A stretch of DNA of 64,000 bases from Eledone cirrhosa (taxonomy: Eukaryota). Positions 12,230-27,878 of the stretch are shown here, in pieces. The stretch lies in the NCBI GenBank assembly GCA_964016885.1, contig OZ024746.1, positions 71,548,001 through 71,612,000 on the forward strand, in the 5' to 3' direction. A program made the position numbers and the translations under genes. Below the pieces are notes generated by a model. That model saw only the letters and a program-made list of their open reading frames with translations, made no database searches and was not told the origin of the DNA. Each line of letters opens with the position of its first letter. The first letter of the stretch is position 1.

Positions 12230-13118
12230 GAACTGGTATTTTGCGACTGCGAAAGGATGAAAGGCAAAGTTAACCTCGGTGGGATTTGAACTCAGATTGC
12301 AGAGGGCCGGAACGAATATCGCAAACCATTTTATCTGACGTTTTAACGACTCAGCTAGTTCGTCGCCTTCCTAGTTATATTATATATAAAATAAAGTACC
12401 AGTAATACACTGATAATTGCTGGCCTTGTGCCTAAAGTAGAAACAATTATATTACATTGGCAGTATCAGTAGAGGGTCGGACGCCATGCTTTCCAGCATA
12501 GTTATGTCCCTTTACGATCTGAGTTCAAATCCCGCCGAGCTTGACTTTGCCTTTCATCCTTACGGGGTCGATAAAATAAAGTACCAGTAATGTACTGGGT
12601 AATTGCTGGCCTTGTGCCTAAAGTAGAAATAATTATATTACACATAAAAAATGTCTTCATTTTAACTGTTTCATTACCATATTTTTAATGAAAGACACAA
12701 TTTCCAAGCCATTTTGAAAATAATTGTTTCTATTTTAGGCACAAGGCCAGCAAATAGCCAGTACATTACTGGTACTTTATTTTATCGACCCCGTAAGGAT
12801 GAAAGGCAAATTTAACCTCGGCCGGATTTGAACTCAGATCGTAAAGGGACGTAACTATGCTGGAAAGCATGGCATCCGACCCTCTACCGATACTGCCATT
12901 TCACCGGAGAATTTGGATGCATTTAATAATTGTTTCTACTTTTAGCACAAGACCAGCAATTACCCCCAGTGCATCACTGGTGCTTTATTTTATCGACACC
13001 TGTAAGGATGAAAGACAAAGTTGACGTCGGTGGGATTTGAACTCAGAACGTAAAGGGCTGTAACTCTATGCTGCAAAGCATGGTGTCCGACGCTCAACCG
13101 CTGCTGCCGCCAATCCAA
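12230..13118. mobile_element. SINE family 1 cluster (12456-12640 plus; 12720-12905 and 12925-13118 minus; partial copies 12230-12450)
   Basis: Repeated A/B-box head, central domain and GGCCTTGTGCCTAAAGTAGAAACAATTATT tail. Confidence 0.9.
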
Positions 13119-13324
13119 TGCATCTAATAAGGTAAAAAAAAACTATATAAACAAAATAATTATTGAATATATTACAGTTCTTAATGTTGTTGTTTTTCTT
13201 CTTGTTGTTTTAACGAAATTGTTGTAGCTACAAATTTCTACAGTTTAAGTAATCCACAACTAACCACACCATTTCATCTAACCATGTCCACAGAGAAAAT
13301 TGCTGGATGTCTATGTTTGTATAT

Positions 13325-13357
<33 letters not shown>

Positions 13358-13551
13358 CGTTATTCCGGGTTGAATCGGAGGTAACCACAGTAAGTAAGGT
13401 ACTCAATATATTGCAGAGTATAAAAGTTTTAATATAGATGAGATTCTACAGGACTAGAACTGTTTCATTCTTTAGAAATCATCAGGAATCTCTGATGATT
13501 TCTAAAGAATGAAACAGTTCTAGTCCTGTAGAATCTCATCTATATTAAAAC
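13358..13551 (-). mobile_element. Fold-back hammerhead element, family D (intact core 13442-13490 minus)
   Basis: The palindrome centre CATCAG-GAATCT-CTGATG lies at the stem I 5' strand. (TA)n flanks both sides. Confidence 0.88.
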
Positions 13552-13714
13552 TATATATATATATATATATAAGTGTGTGTGTGTGTGTATGTATATATAT
13601 ACATGTATATGTGTGTGTGAATTTATATATATTTACATTCACACGGACATATATTTGTATGTATATATGTATATGTTTGTGTATACTTGTGTGTATGAAT
13701 ATATATACATACAT

Positions 13715-13762
<48 letters not shown>

Positions 13763-13802
13763 ATGTATATGTATGTATATATATTCATACATATATATAT
13801 TC

Positions 13803-13852
13803 AAACATGTTAACCAACACTGCCATTTAAACAGTACAAGACACACACACAC

Positions 13853-13902
<50 letters not shown>

Positions 13903-14100
13903 CTTGTACTGTTTAAATGGCAGTGTTGGTTAACGTGTTTGTTTTTGCTATTTCTGCCTGCCACTATCTCTACCCTAAACCCCACCACCACTATCACTAC
14001 TAATTTAAATTCTACCATTACTACATTTAATTGTACCTTTCTAACTAGACATCTATATACACCAGCTTGCCCTCTTCACCTTCACTGCTTTTATATATAC
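13803..14100 (+). mobile_element. Fold-back element centred on a (CA)/(TA) tract
   Basis: AAACATGTTAACCAACACTGCCATTTAAACAGTACAAGACAC (13803-13844) is inverted at about 13898-13940. No ribozyme core seen. Confidence 0.65.
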
Positions 14101-14140
14101 ATAGTTAGCTACTTCCACACACATACACATACACACACAC

Positions 14141-14236
<96 letters not shown>

Positions 14237-14261
14237 GTATGTATATAAATACATGCACACA

Positions 14262-14316
<55 letters not shown>

Positions 14317-14319
<3 letters not shown>

Positions 14320-14503
14320 AAAAAGTGTGACCCCGACAGCAGAGCTCAAGCCGTTTCGACGGCTAGTCCAGAAACAGCCGTCGAAACGGCTTGAGCTCTG
14401 CCGTCGGGGTCACACTTTTTCCTATTTCCCACTCTACTACCCTAAATATTGAGTACTCTGGTGCGTTATGGTCCACCTGGTTCCTTACCACAATTCCTTT
14501 GTT
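14317..14503 (+). mobile_element. Fold-back element, family C
   Basis: Arms about 14317-14364 and 14376-14425, centred in the GACGGCT...AGCCGTC hairpin that precedes GAAA. The tail contains ATTGAGTAC. Confidence 0.8.
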
Positions 14504-14571
14504 ATATATATATATATATATATATATTAAAATACAAATATTAATAAAATAGATGTTCTTTTGATCAATTA

Positions 14572-14626
14572 CATTTTATTATACATATTTCGGAGGTACA
14601 ACAGTACGTCCTCATCAGACGAAATA
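14572..14626 (-). ncRNA. Type I hammerhead ribozyme, canonical core
   Basis: TATTTCGT-CTGATGA-GGA C GTAC TGTT GTAC C TCC-GAAA-TATGTA-TA-ATAAAATG. Related to 19203-19262. Confidence 0.75.
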
Positions 14627-14769
14627 TAATGATACATGACATACCCCGAGATGTTAAATGGTTAAGATTTAATCAAGGTAGTAAATCTAATGTAAAACTC
14701 ATTCTTTGATATACTCATTGAATCTTGTTTAACTCTTTAATATATATATATATATTGTAAATTTCTTTA

Positions 14770-15104
<335 letters not shown>

Positions 15105-15134
15105 TGTGTGTGTGTGTGTGTGTGTGTGTGTAGG

Positions 15135-15465
15135 AGGAGGAAGCTGCATGGCTGAAAGGTTAAGTAGTTTGCTTGGCAATCATTAAGTTCCGGTTTCGAT
15201 CCCAGTGCATGTCATCTTGAACAAGTATCTTTAACGATAGCCTTCGGTCGACCATGTCCTGTGAATGGAAGTGAATAGGTGGAACTGTTTAAATGGATTG
15301 AGTGCACCTGTAACTCAAAGGATCAGCTTTGCCACACATTTTGTTATTCTTAAATTCTCTGAGAATTACATTAAGGCAACACATATGCACGGAATGCTCA
15401 GCCACTGAGCAGGGTGTTCCATTAATCAAACGAATTGAACATTCATCGTCAAAACCGACGGAGGT
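15135..15465 (+). mobile_element. tRNA-derived SINE family 2 (relatives about 22548-22790 +, 47480-47740 +, 49555-49815 -, 57510-57780 -, 58850-58980 +)
   Basis: Head TGGCTGAAAGG...GGTTTCGATCCC. Body GTAACTCAAAGGATCAGC..GAGAATTACATTAAGG..GAGCAGGGTGTTCC aligns with 47590-47720 and the reverse complement of 49580-49700. The other copies share mainly the head. Confidence 0.7.
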
Positions 15466-15516
15466 ATATCGATCGAACGAACGATATATGTATGTATATA
15501 TATATACATGTATGTA

Positions 15517-15517
<1 letters not shown>

Positions 15518-15547
<30 letters not shown>

Positions 15548-16000
15548 CTTCTTCTTCTTCTTCTTCTTCTTCTTCTTCTTCTTCTTCTTCTTCTTCTTCT
15601 TCTTCTTCTTCTTCTTCTTCTTCTTCTTCTTCTTCTTCTTCTTCTTCTTCTTCCTGAGAGGGTCGTGAGGGTAGAGTCCTCAAACACTTCTTCCGGCGGG
15701 TTCTGTCAGAGTCAATAGTTTTCAACCCGATCCGGCTGAACTGGTCCGGCTAAATTCCGTATTCGAGACCCCAGGGTAGACCCCGAGTCTCCTGCCGGTT
15801 GGTTTTACTCGTAAAATCTGTCGAGCGATTCTTTCTGAGACATTCTAACGACATGCCCATAGTATCGGAACTGTAGTCTCTTAATTCGGAAGAACCACAT
15901 TCCGGCCGCTTGTATTCGCGATCGTATTCTTTCGGTCATTATCCTAGCTTCATGAGTAAGCACCAATACCGAATTGAAGATAGCGAGTTTGGCTTTTACA
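15518..16000 (-). mobile_element. RTE-clade LINE 3' end with (GAA)n tail
   Basis: KAKLAIFNSVL...MTERIRSRIQAAGMWFFR..RLQFRYYGHVVRMS. The 3' UTR is shared with 29808-30170 and 47078-47345. Confidence 0.85.
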
Positions 16001-16429
16001 CCTACCTCCCTTCCTCTTTCGGGTCCGATAAATAAGGTACCAGTCAAGTTCTAGGTGTAAATTTCTTTCCCCCACTCTTTCTTTTTTTCTTTCTATCTAT
16101 CTATCTGAATTGAATACATATCACGACTTCAACAATTTTCAACCTCCACCACCTCCACCACAAGGGCCGTATTAACTCATGAATGAACTCTTAGGGCTTC
16201 AGATATTTTGAGCCCTTCTATCACTTCAGAACTCCTCTTCCCAAGAATTGATAGGTCTCTAGTTCCTGCTGGGCCCTTAGGCTTCAACCAAGTCAGCTAT
16301 ATGAATAATATAACGCAGACCACTGTCATGTATACAAACGAAAAGAAACAGTAATAGGTATACGTTAATGGTCGTAAAACGAGGCGGTCGTTAAAAGAGG
16401 AGTAACTGTACTTAAGTGCTGCTAAATCT

Positions 16430-16800
16430 CCTATATCGCTAGCTTTAGTGCAATGTATATTTTGTTGGAGTATTAACCTTAAAATTCTTCTTTCATTGCT
16501 TTTGTAATGACTACTCATTTGGCTTTTATTTTAAACTCTGTGTTTATTGTCTAGTTTATTTGTGTTGTGTGGCGTTAATGTTGTTATTTTCTGCTTGAAA
16601 TCATTCCTAGTTGTGTCTACAAGTTCGTTAATTAGATTCTTGTTTGATAATTAAAAGTTTGTTAATTAAAAGCCTGTTTAATCAGTGTTGCTGTTTTCTG
16701 TTAAAAGTGCAATTCTGGAAGATTTTAAAGGTGCACTCCTAAGTGGACTATAATAATAGTTATCTGACTGTTTTATAGCGTCATTTGTTTTGTAGTTAAA
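16430..16800 (-). pseudogene. Decayed PLE reverse-transcriptase thumb/linker fragment
   Basis: ...NKSQMSSHYKSNERRILRLILQQNIHC resembles the PLE NQMS..YK.DER.L..II..NV segment (recalled, not searched). Multiple stops upstream. Confidence 0.45.
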
Positions 16801-16958
16801 TATATATTACCCTGGTGTTGTTGTTGTTTTGTACAGATGTATACAACACACACACTCAGGGCGGAAGAAATCATAAGAGTCAACGGCCATCTGAAAGTGT
16901 GTATATAGACATGTAGTGCGTGGTTAAAACATACATGCATACATACATACGTACAAAA

Positions 16959-17024
<66 letters not shown>

Positions 17025-17089
17025 TGTTACTTCTCTGCATTTCCCGCTTAACTACTGATCACATTTAACCCCGAAAATACCTGTAATAT

Positions 17090-17276
17090 AATTGTTTCTA
17101 CTTTAGGCACAAGGCCAGCAATTACCCAGTGCATTACTGGTACTTTATTTTATCGACCCCGTAAGGATGAAAGGCAAAGTCAACCTCGGCGGGATTTGAA
17201 CTCAGATCGTAAAGGGACGTAACTATGCTGAAAGCATGGCGTCCGACCCTCTACCGATACTGCCAATCCACCGCCA
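17090..17276 (-). mobile_element. Full-length SINE family 1 with TSD
   Basis: AAATACCTGTAATATAAT is duplicated at about 17076-17093 and 17276-17293. Confidence 0.92.
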
Positions 17277-17454
17277 AATACCTGTAATATAATATATAAA
17301 ATATACAAACCTTCCTCTCGTATTGAGCATTCTTTCCTTCTGTTTGCAGATGCAAATGTTTGTATAAGCTCCCACAAATTCATATATGTATACGTATATA
17401 CCAGTATATATGTAAATATGATAATAATGGAGTGCGGCGCTGCAAATGGGTTAC

Positions 17455-17554
17455 ATGTGAAAAAGTTTGTCCTCATCAGTGGCCTTCCAACCGTCGTAGG
17501 CATTTCGGACGAAATGCCTACGACGGTTGGAAGGCCACTGATGAGGACAAACTT

Positions 17555-17562
<8 letters not shown>
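17455..17562. mobile_element. Near-perfect palindrome carrying GAAA-N23-CTGATGA (family S)
   Basis: Arms of about 52 bp around a 2 nt spacer at 17508-17509. Homologous to 50598-50700 and 50943-51050. Confidence 0.8.
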
Positions 17563-17585
<23 letters not shown>

Positions 17586-17858
17586 AACATACATATACAT
17601 GCACATATATATGAATGTATGTACGTATGTATGTATGTATGTATGTATGTATGTATGTATGTATGTATGTATGTATGTATGTATGTATGTTTGTGTGACT
17701 ATCTGTAACTATCTATACATGTGTATATACATATACATACCCCTTTAAAGACAAATCTATATATACATGCATGTTCAGGTATAGATAGATAGATAGATAT
17801 ACGTGTGTATGCGTGTAAGTGCAGTTGTATGTCTGCGTTTGTCTTGTTAATCTTGAAT

Positions 17859-17939
<81 letters not shown>

Positions 17940-18265
17940 ACACATACATATATATATTATATATATATATAATGAAAAATAAAAGTTACGGGCGAAAGAG
18001 AGGAATATCCACGTGTGTATGTGCGCGTGTGTGTGTGTGTATATATGTATATATATATATATATATGATGTGTGTGTATGTATGTATATGTGTTTGAATG
18101 TGGGTGTTTGCTTTCTTTTTTGTTGTGTGTGTGTGGACGTTTTACAGGGAATGTGAAAGTTGGTATTTTGTGTGTTTTATCGAAAATAGTTCGTTAATGA
18201 ATCAACATAGACTTGTCATTGATTAGATAGACAGAGTAGCAGTGAGAGGGAGCTAGAGAATGGCA

Positions 18266-18329
<64 letters not shown>

Positions 18330-18923
18330 GTGGGTGGGTGGGGAGTGAGTGTGTAATGGTTAATACTGTTGTGTATGCGATCAGTATGTTGATGGCAGTG
18401 GCGGTGGTGGCATGGTGGTGGTGGTGGTGGTACTGGTGTTGTCGCTTGTCTTTAGTGACCTTGTTCAGGTCAGGTCATCGAATCGTTGAATCTAGTGCGG
18501 CAGTTAGACTTTACTTCTGCCATCAAGTTAAGACTAATGCAATAATATCTTGCAAAAGCCATTTTAGCCTTTCAAAAACTCAAAATATTAAATTCTCTTT
18601 TAATTTATCAAATATTTCTAAGTGTCAAAACTTTGTCACACTGAAATCTCGTCACTGACACACTTTCACTTATGCTCTACATCTATGCCAATGACCAGGC
18701 CACAGAAAGTGCGGCGCTATTTTTGACACACAAAATAAAAAAAAATTAAATGATGAAAGTAAAGTGGGTAAAATGAATATAAATATCTTAATTAACGTAT
18801 TTAAGACCCTATATGGTTCCGAGATAATAGAAGCTTTTATTGTCTTTGAACTACAGTACAAACCCAATACACATATCTATCTATCCATCCATTCTACACA
18901 CATACTCACATATATATAATATA

Positions 18924-19552
<629 letters not shown>

Positions 19553-19554
<2 letters not shown>

Positions 19555-19987
19555 GATATTAACAAATGGAAACTATATTTATAAAACCATATTTATTTCA
19601 TTATACATATTTCAAGGACACCAAGTTAAATTATGGTGTGCTTTCATCAGATAAAATATAATATAGAGCAGTTTTATAAATAAATATTGACATACCCTTA
19701 AAGAATGCAACCATTACTGTTGGGAGCTTCCAACAGTAATGGTTGCATTCTTTAAGGGTATGTCAATATTTATTTATAAAACTGCTCTATATTATATTTT
19801 ATCTGATGAAAGCACACCATAATTTAACTTGGTGTCCTTGAAATATGTATAATGAAATAAATATGGTTTTATAAATATAGTTTCCATTTGTTAATATCGT
19901 ATTTTTACTCCAATTATTTGTTGAGTTCTTTATATCAGTTATAAAAATATTTGCTTGTTGAATCCCAACAATTTAAATAGAACTTTT

Positions 19988-19990
<3 letters not shown>
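19553..19990 (+). mobile_element. Fold-back hammerhead element, family K subfamily (cores 19594-19658 minus and 19795-19859 plus)
   Basis: Near-perfect palindrome with arms of about 170 bp centred at GGGAGCTTCC (about 19726). Core is CTGATGA-AAG.ACACCA...TGGTGT.CTT-GAAA-TATGTA-TA-ATGAAATA. Confidence 0.88.
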
Positions 19991-20023
<33 letters not shown>

Positions 20024-20035
20024 TAGTATACATAT

Positions 20036-20160
<125 letters not shown>

Positions 20161-20723
20161 TTTCCTGAGTTGAGTTTCTTTCGTCGCTTTGGTCACTGCG
20201 GCTCGTCTATCGGTCGCTATCTTCAATTTGCAAAGCTGTCTAAACGTAATTTTAAACTCTAAGGTAATATACCTTATTGAGTGCTTAGCTGTACACCCCG
20301 ATTGCATTCGTTAGCTTAGCTGCAGCCAGGGCTTCGATTATGCTGTGCTAAATTGTGTATATATATATATATATATACTAATAGTTTCACGAAATCACAA
20401 TACTACGATGTACTTAACGCATACATAGTACTGCAAGATCGGTCCATACACTCTCCCATTAAATGCTAACTAGGTTAATCAGTTGCAGAGTATTTCTCTA
20501 CGAAATCGATTGTGAGCTGGCAGAATTGTAGAAATTATTAGGGTTATCAACATTATTTTAATAAAATCAACGACCTCACGATCATAAAATCATTCAATAA
20601 AGACATCAAAATTATTGATATATTCCACAAATTAATTGTGGAATATATCAATAAATATGTTTTCAAAAATTTGGTATATATATATATATATATGTATATA
20701 TGCATACACACACATATATACAT

Positions 20724-20757
<34 letters not shown>

Positions 20758-20849
20758 ATGCATATATATATACATGGTTCTTATATATTTGATATATATT
20801 TATCCTTATCGATCCCTCTTTGGATTTTAGTCTTCAAATTTATTATTAT

Positions 20850-20979
<130 letters not shown>

Positions 20980-21001
20980 ATATATATAAATATATATATA
21001 A

Positions 21002-21075
<74 letters not shown>

Positions 21076-21081
<6 letters not shown>

Positions 21082-21340
21082 TGTAAGCTATCGCAGTATT
21101 TTGACTAAAGAAATTAAAGAAATTATTTAGCCTGATAGTGGGGTTACGAACCCTCGGAGAAATGGAAAAAGATTAGTATTGACGTGTGTGGGAGTCAATA
21201 CTCATCTTTTTCCATTTCTCCGAGGGTTCTTAACCCCACTATCAGGCTAAATAATTTCTTAATTTCTTTAGTCAAAATACGGCGATAGCTTTCATTTCTA
21301 ATAATTTCAAACCCGCTCGCTGTTTCGAAAATATTCTTAC
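21076..21340 (+). mobile_element. TA-flanked fold-back element, no complete ribozyme core seen
   Basis: Arms about 21076-21183 and 21194-21301 with a 10 nt spacer, plus a tail of about 40 nt. Confidence 0.75.
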
Positions 21341-21395
21341 TATATATATGTATATATAAATATATATATAAATATATATATACATATATATATGC

Positions 21396-21462
<67 letters not shown>

Positions 21463-21672
21463 ATTTTTATCCTTTATACTCTTCCCTTCATTCTACACAT
21501 CTCACACTTCTTATACACACCACGCATCTCAACGTACACCCACTTACATCTCTCTCTCCACCACCGGACCTTGTTACCCGGAGATTTACCCATTTGCATT
21601 GTCGAGGCTTCCAAACGACTTAAAGCTATTTACTTATTGTTCCACAATGCTTCAAGCAAACTTCAATACTCT

Positions 21673-22549
<877 letters not shown>

Positions 22550-22865
22550 TTGGGCTTGCAATGGTGAGATTGTAAGTTCTCGGACCGGGCTTTGCGTTGT
22601 GTTCTTGAGCAAAACAGTTTATTTCACGTTGCTCAAGTTCACTCAACTGTAGAAATGAGTTGTGACGTCACTGGTGCCAAACTGTATTCACCTTTGCCTT
22701 TCCCTTGGAAAACCTCAGTGGCATGGAAAGAGGGGACTGGCATGCATGTCTACTGGTCTTCTACAAACAACCTAGTTATATTTTGTGTTCACTTTATAAT
22801 TAAATAGCTTTGTTCTATACATAGAGCACTCTTTTTTTCCTTTGCTTTTCCTTCGGAATTACCTA

Positions 22866-22903
<38 letters not shown>

Positions 22904-22961
22904 GTGATCCCGTTTATAATGAAAGCAGAAATTGTTTGCTTAGAATTTTAATTTGTGCTAA

Positions 22962-23153
22962 TAATAATTGTTTCTACTTCTTGACACAAGGCCAGCAATT
23001 ACCCAGTGCATTACTGGTACTTTATTTTATCGACCCCCGTAAAGATGAAAGGCAAAGTTAACCTTGGCGGGATTTGAACTCAGATTGGCAAGGGCCGTAA
23101 CTCTATGCGTCAAAGGCTGGCGTCCGATCCCCTACCGATACTACCAATCCACC
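22962..23153 (-). mobile_element. SINE family 1
   Basis: Full head-to-tail match with flanking CTAATAATAAT. Confidence 0.9.
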
Positions 23154-23369
23154 AATAATAACACTAATAATAATATATATATTTAAAGGTGAGATCATAA
23201 TCTCTGCTTATGCTCTTTTACTCTTTTGTCTGTTCCAGCCATCCGGCTGAGGCCATGCTGGGGCATGGAATAAAAGATAAATATATGGAATAAAAGATAC
23301 TCGGAGTGACAAAACGAAGAGATTAAGAGAGAATGTAAGGGAGAGGTTGACGATGAGAGAAGGTGACAA

Positions 23370-23459
<90 letters not shown>

Positions 23460-23475
23460 GACAGAGAGAGAGAGC

Positions 23476-23541
<66 letters not shown>

Positions 23542-23676
23542 GGTGATGAAGAGGGAGAAGGTGAAGAAGAGAAAGAGATGATATAAAAAATGTACAAGAG
23601 GAATTCCGAACAAAACAGATGTGAGATGTTATCAGTTTTGATTTCAAAGGAAGTTCTTTCACAATTTCAACCTTTC

Positions 23677-23697
23677 ACTTCCGGGCATGACGTCATG
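23677..23697. promoter_or_regulatory. Candidate ETS + CRE composite site
   Basis: ACTTCCGG is followed 1 nt later by the 12 bp palindrome CATGACGTCATG, in a unique island between (GA)n and (CT)n tracts. Motif match only. Confidence 0.35.
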
Positions 23698-23796
23698 ATA
23701 AGTCCATAATAACTAACAACCCATGTCTTGTCTCTCAACACATCTCCCTTCTCTCTCTCCCTCACAATCTCTCTCATTCTTTCTCTCCACTCTCAA

Positions 23797-23846
<50 letters not shown>

Positions 23847-23909
23847 TCTTCCCCCTCTCGTCTTTCTCTCCCCCTTCTCTCTCGCTCCCTCTCTCTCTCT
23901 CTCGTTTCC

Positions 23910-23967
<58 letters not shown>

Positions 23968-24214
23968 CTCTCTTTCTTTCCGTCGTTTTTCATTCCATAT
24001 CTTTGGCGTTCTGTCGTTTAGAATATTTCTGTTGACACATACAAATAGAAACAGAAACACAAATACAACACACCCACACCCACACACCCACACGCACACG
24101 CACACGCACACACACACACACACACAAACACATATACATGCATCCATTCGTACATACATATATGCATACAAACATATACATACATATACACACACACACA
24201 TATGTAATTGTTTG

Positions 24215-24501
24215 CATCCGAGGTTAACTTTGCCTTTCATCCTTATGGGGTCGATAAAATAAAGTACCAGTAATACACTGGATAATTGCTGGCCTTGTGC
24301 CAAAAAAGTAGAAACAATTATATACATGAGTTCTCGGTAGAGAGTCGGACGCCATGCTTTCCAGCATAGTTACGTCCCTTTACGATCTGAGTTCAAATCC
24401 CGCCGAGGTTGACTTTGCCTTTAATCCTTACGGGGTTGATAAAATAAAGTACCAGTAATGCACTGGTAATTGCTGGCCTTGTGCCTAAAGTAGAAACAAT
24501 T
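24215..24501 (+). mobile_element. Two tandem 5'-truncated SINE family 1 copies
   Basis: Central domain and tail are repeated. Confidence 0.88.
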
Positions 24502-24918
24502 ATATACATATATATGTGTACCCCAGGCTGGCCACAACTTACTTTCCCAATTTTTTCACGGTTACTCTTTTGCATGTTTCTTTCACCTGTGTCTTCCCAC
24601 GATGGGACCTGTACACTTTTTTCTCCTATTCCTTTCCTATTTTTTTCCCTTTTACCTTCCCCCTTTCTCCCCCCCCCCCCGTTCTTCCTCCTTTCCCTCT
24701 CTTTCCTTTTCTCTCTCCTTTTTTCTCCCCTTTTTTCTCTCTTTCTCTCTTCTTTTCCACCTGGCCCTTTGAACTGTAATTCAGCGCCGAAACATCGGGT
24801 CGGGAAACATTTACAGCTGACGATGGAAACTCCTTTCTTCCTTTCTCCTCCTGTTCCGTCCTAACCACCATCCTAAACCTTGTTTTTAGTAACCACACAG
24901 CTCCTTTCGTTTCATATC

Positions 24919-24956
<38 letters not shown>

Positions 24957-25138
24957 TATCCGGGAGCTTCCAACAGTAATGGTTGCATTCTTTAAGGGTA
25001 TGTCAATATTTATTTATAAAACTGCTCTATATTATATTTTATCTGATGAAAGCACACCATAATTTAACTTGGTGTCCTTGAAATATGTATAATGAAATAA
25101 ATATGGTTTTATAAATATAGTTTCCACTTGTTAATATC

Positions 25139-25140
<2 letters not shown>
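24957..25140 (+). mobile_element. Single-arm family K element with hammerhead (25035-25099)
   Basis: Nearly identical to 19722-19900, starting at the same GGGAGCTTCC point. (TA)n flanks both sides. Confidence 0.85.
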
Positions 25141-25178
<38 letters not shown>

Positions 25179-25769
25179 ATGTATGTATATATATGGATGT
25201 ATGTATATATATTTATATGTATTTACGTGTTGTACACGCAAATAACCTCGACTGCATCCGTCCCTAAAAAAAGGCTACGCGACTGATTGTCATAAAATCA
25301 CTCATCAACACACTCTGAACTCTAGACTACAGACTTACAATATCTTATCTTATCTGTCTGCTCATGTCTATTTAGCTGAAGGTTTACGTGTCACCTCAAC
25401 TCCAACTTCACTCTTGATTCACTCCTCTTTTCTCCTTTCGTCGGCCATAATGTGTTCATCCATCTCCTGGCTCTTACTAACTACTCTAACCAGTCCTACC
25501 GTCCTAGAACCCTCCTTCATTTTCATTCTTCCCGTGGCTCATTTCTTTCCTGTGGTTGTCAACTTTCAGTAGTTCACGGGGCGATCTCAAAGACAAAAAC
25601 AACTACGGCAATGAATACGAACCCAAGAAGCCTGTATGTATTGGCTCGATCTTGTAAAATTAAGAACCAAATCCCGCTACCAACAACAAGAAACAATGAA
25701 TAAATACATAAACTGTTTCGTTCTCATATTTCTTATGAAAGACACCATCTATGATTTAAAAAAGAATCT

Positions 25770-26260
25770 AATTTAGGCACAAGGCCAGTAATTTTTTTGT
25801 GGAGGGATCGATTATCGACAGGTATTTTATCATATCGATAGAAGGATAAAAGGTAAGATTTGAACTCGGCAAGATTTGAACTTAGGACGTAAGAATTCGG
25901 ATCAAATAATTGTTTCTACTTTAGGCACAAGGCCAGCAATTACCCAGTGCATTACTGGTACTTTATTTTATCGACCCCATCAAATAATGTCACCTAATCT
26001 TTCCGATACTTTCACTAACCTGCCATTTCGCCGCCTTAATGACTCTTAATAATAATGGCTTTAATTATAATGTTAATGGTTTCTGATTTAAGCACAAGAC
26101 CAATAGTTTGAGGGGAGGGGAAAGTCGATTAAATCACTACTGGTACTATATTTATCGACCCGGTAAGGGTGGAAGACAAAGCTAACCTCAGCGGGATTTA
26201 AACTCAGAAAGTAAAGGGACGTAATTATATGCCGCAAAGCATGTTGCCCGACGCTTTATC
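25770..26260 (-). mobile_element. Nested and degenerate SINE family 1 cluster
   Basis: A young partial copy (about 25905-25980) lies inside an older one. A third copy is at about 26075-26260. Confidence 0.75.
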
Positions 26261-26902
26261 GCACACACACACGCATATGCACACGCTCTATATACAAAAC
26301 GACTTTTTTCTTTTTCAGCTAGACGTGTTCGATCACTGCCTTTTAAAACAAGATCAACTGATTTTCTGATGCAACAACACCAGAATCAACAGTTTTCCAA
26401 GAGATGGCGACTTGAATAGACCTGTTTTTTTCTTCAAGAAAAATTATTTTTTCGTTTCCTACCATATCAAGTGTAAAACTAATAATATATTTCTTAACTT
26501 TCTTCATTGTACTGTGTCATTTCCTTTGTTATTGCACTTTGCCTTTTGCATACACACACACATACATGCGTACGCACACACACACAGACACACACATATA
26601 TATATATATACATGTACTGAACTGGGGGTTTGAAATACTAGAGTACATAAAATGCTCAAATAAGTGCTCAGTACATATGAGTAAAAAGTAGGTGTTATTT
26701 TTAGGAGGCAAACAAACAGCACCACTGATTTTCATTCGAGCCATGCAGCACTCGGCATCAAACCTATTAAGTGCATGTCGGAAATGACCTTCTGACGAGT
26801 TAAGTAATTCAATGTCGTCTGTAAATTCCAGCGACTGACCCTACACCTGCCAATCTTCACATCACTTCAAACCCGGCTGCGAATGTCAATTCTGTTCATT
26901 AA

Positions 26903-27092
26903 AATAATTGTTTCTACGTTAGGCACAAGGCTAGCAATTACCCAGTGCATTACTGGTACTTTATTTTATCGACCCCGTAAGGATGAAAGGCAAAGTCAAC
27001 CTCGGCGGGATTTGAACTCAGATCGTAAAGGGACGTAACTATGCTGGAAAGCATGGCGTCCGACCCTCTACCGATACTGCCAATCCACTGCC
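26903..27092 (-). mobile_element. Full-length SINE family 1 inserted at the edge of a LINE RT fragment, with TSD
   Basis: TCTGTTCATTAAAATAAT is duplicated at about 26891-26908 and 27094-27111. Confidence 0.92.
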
Positions 27093-27430
27093 CTCTGTTC
27101 ATTAAAATAATGAACAAGAGGAGGTGACAGTACGCACCCTGAGCAAAATCTGACTCCCACGTTGAATGGTTTCGATTTAGCACTATTTATCCGAACACAA
27201 ATACTTGAGCATTCATATAGAGATATCAGGGCAACAAGAAGCTGACCATTGATCTCCTGCTCATGTAGAACCACCCACAGCAGGTCCTGTAGAACGCGGT
27301 CATATGCCTTTCCGAGCTCTACAAAGCCAGAATACATTTCTTTGCAGTACTCCCACAATTTCTCAAAAATCTGCCACAGTATGAATATTTGGTCAGCTGT
27401 TCTGAGTCCTGGACGAATACTACACTGTCC
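27093..27430 (-). pseudogene. RTE-clade LINE reverse-transcriptase domain fragment
   Basis: RPGLRTADQIFILWQIFEK..EY....FVELGKAYDRV....LW..L...GQLL.....LY.....VRIN...S..F....GCVLSP. Confidence 0.9.
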
Positions 27431-27878
27431 ATATATATATACCCACATATATATATATATACCCACATACTCTCACTACATCTCTTTGCCAGACACTTAA
27501 CATAGACTTTACCGGGAAGGGTTAAAAAATGTTAATCATTTTTCCAATTTAGAGTGAAATTCGTATTTTCTGGCATGTTTACGTGCTTACAAATCAGATA
27601 TGTGTATATATTTATACACGTTGATGCAGTTACGTGCTTACAAATCAGATATGTGTATATATTTATACACGTTGATGCAGTCTCGGTTAAACAATCTGCG
27701 TTTACGAAGATATAACTGCTAGTGCGCCTCATACTATATATATATATATATAGTATGATATATATGATTCCAGTTCCTCAGAGAAATAACAACCTAACCA
27801 GGAACTGGACATATCAGAGTATTGACAAAATTATACACCTCAACAACATATGTACTTGTCTATACCACACTAATTCGG

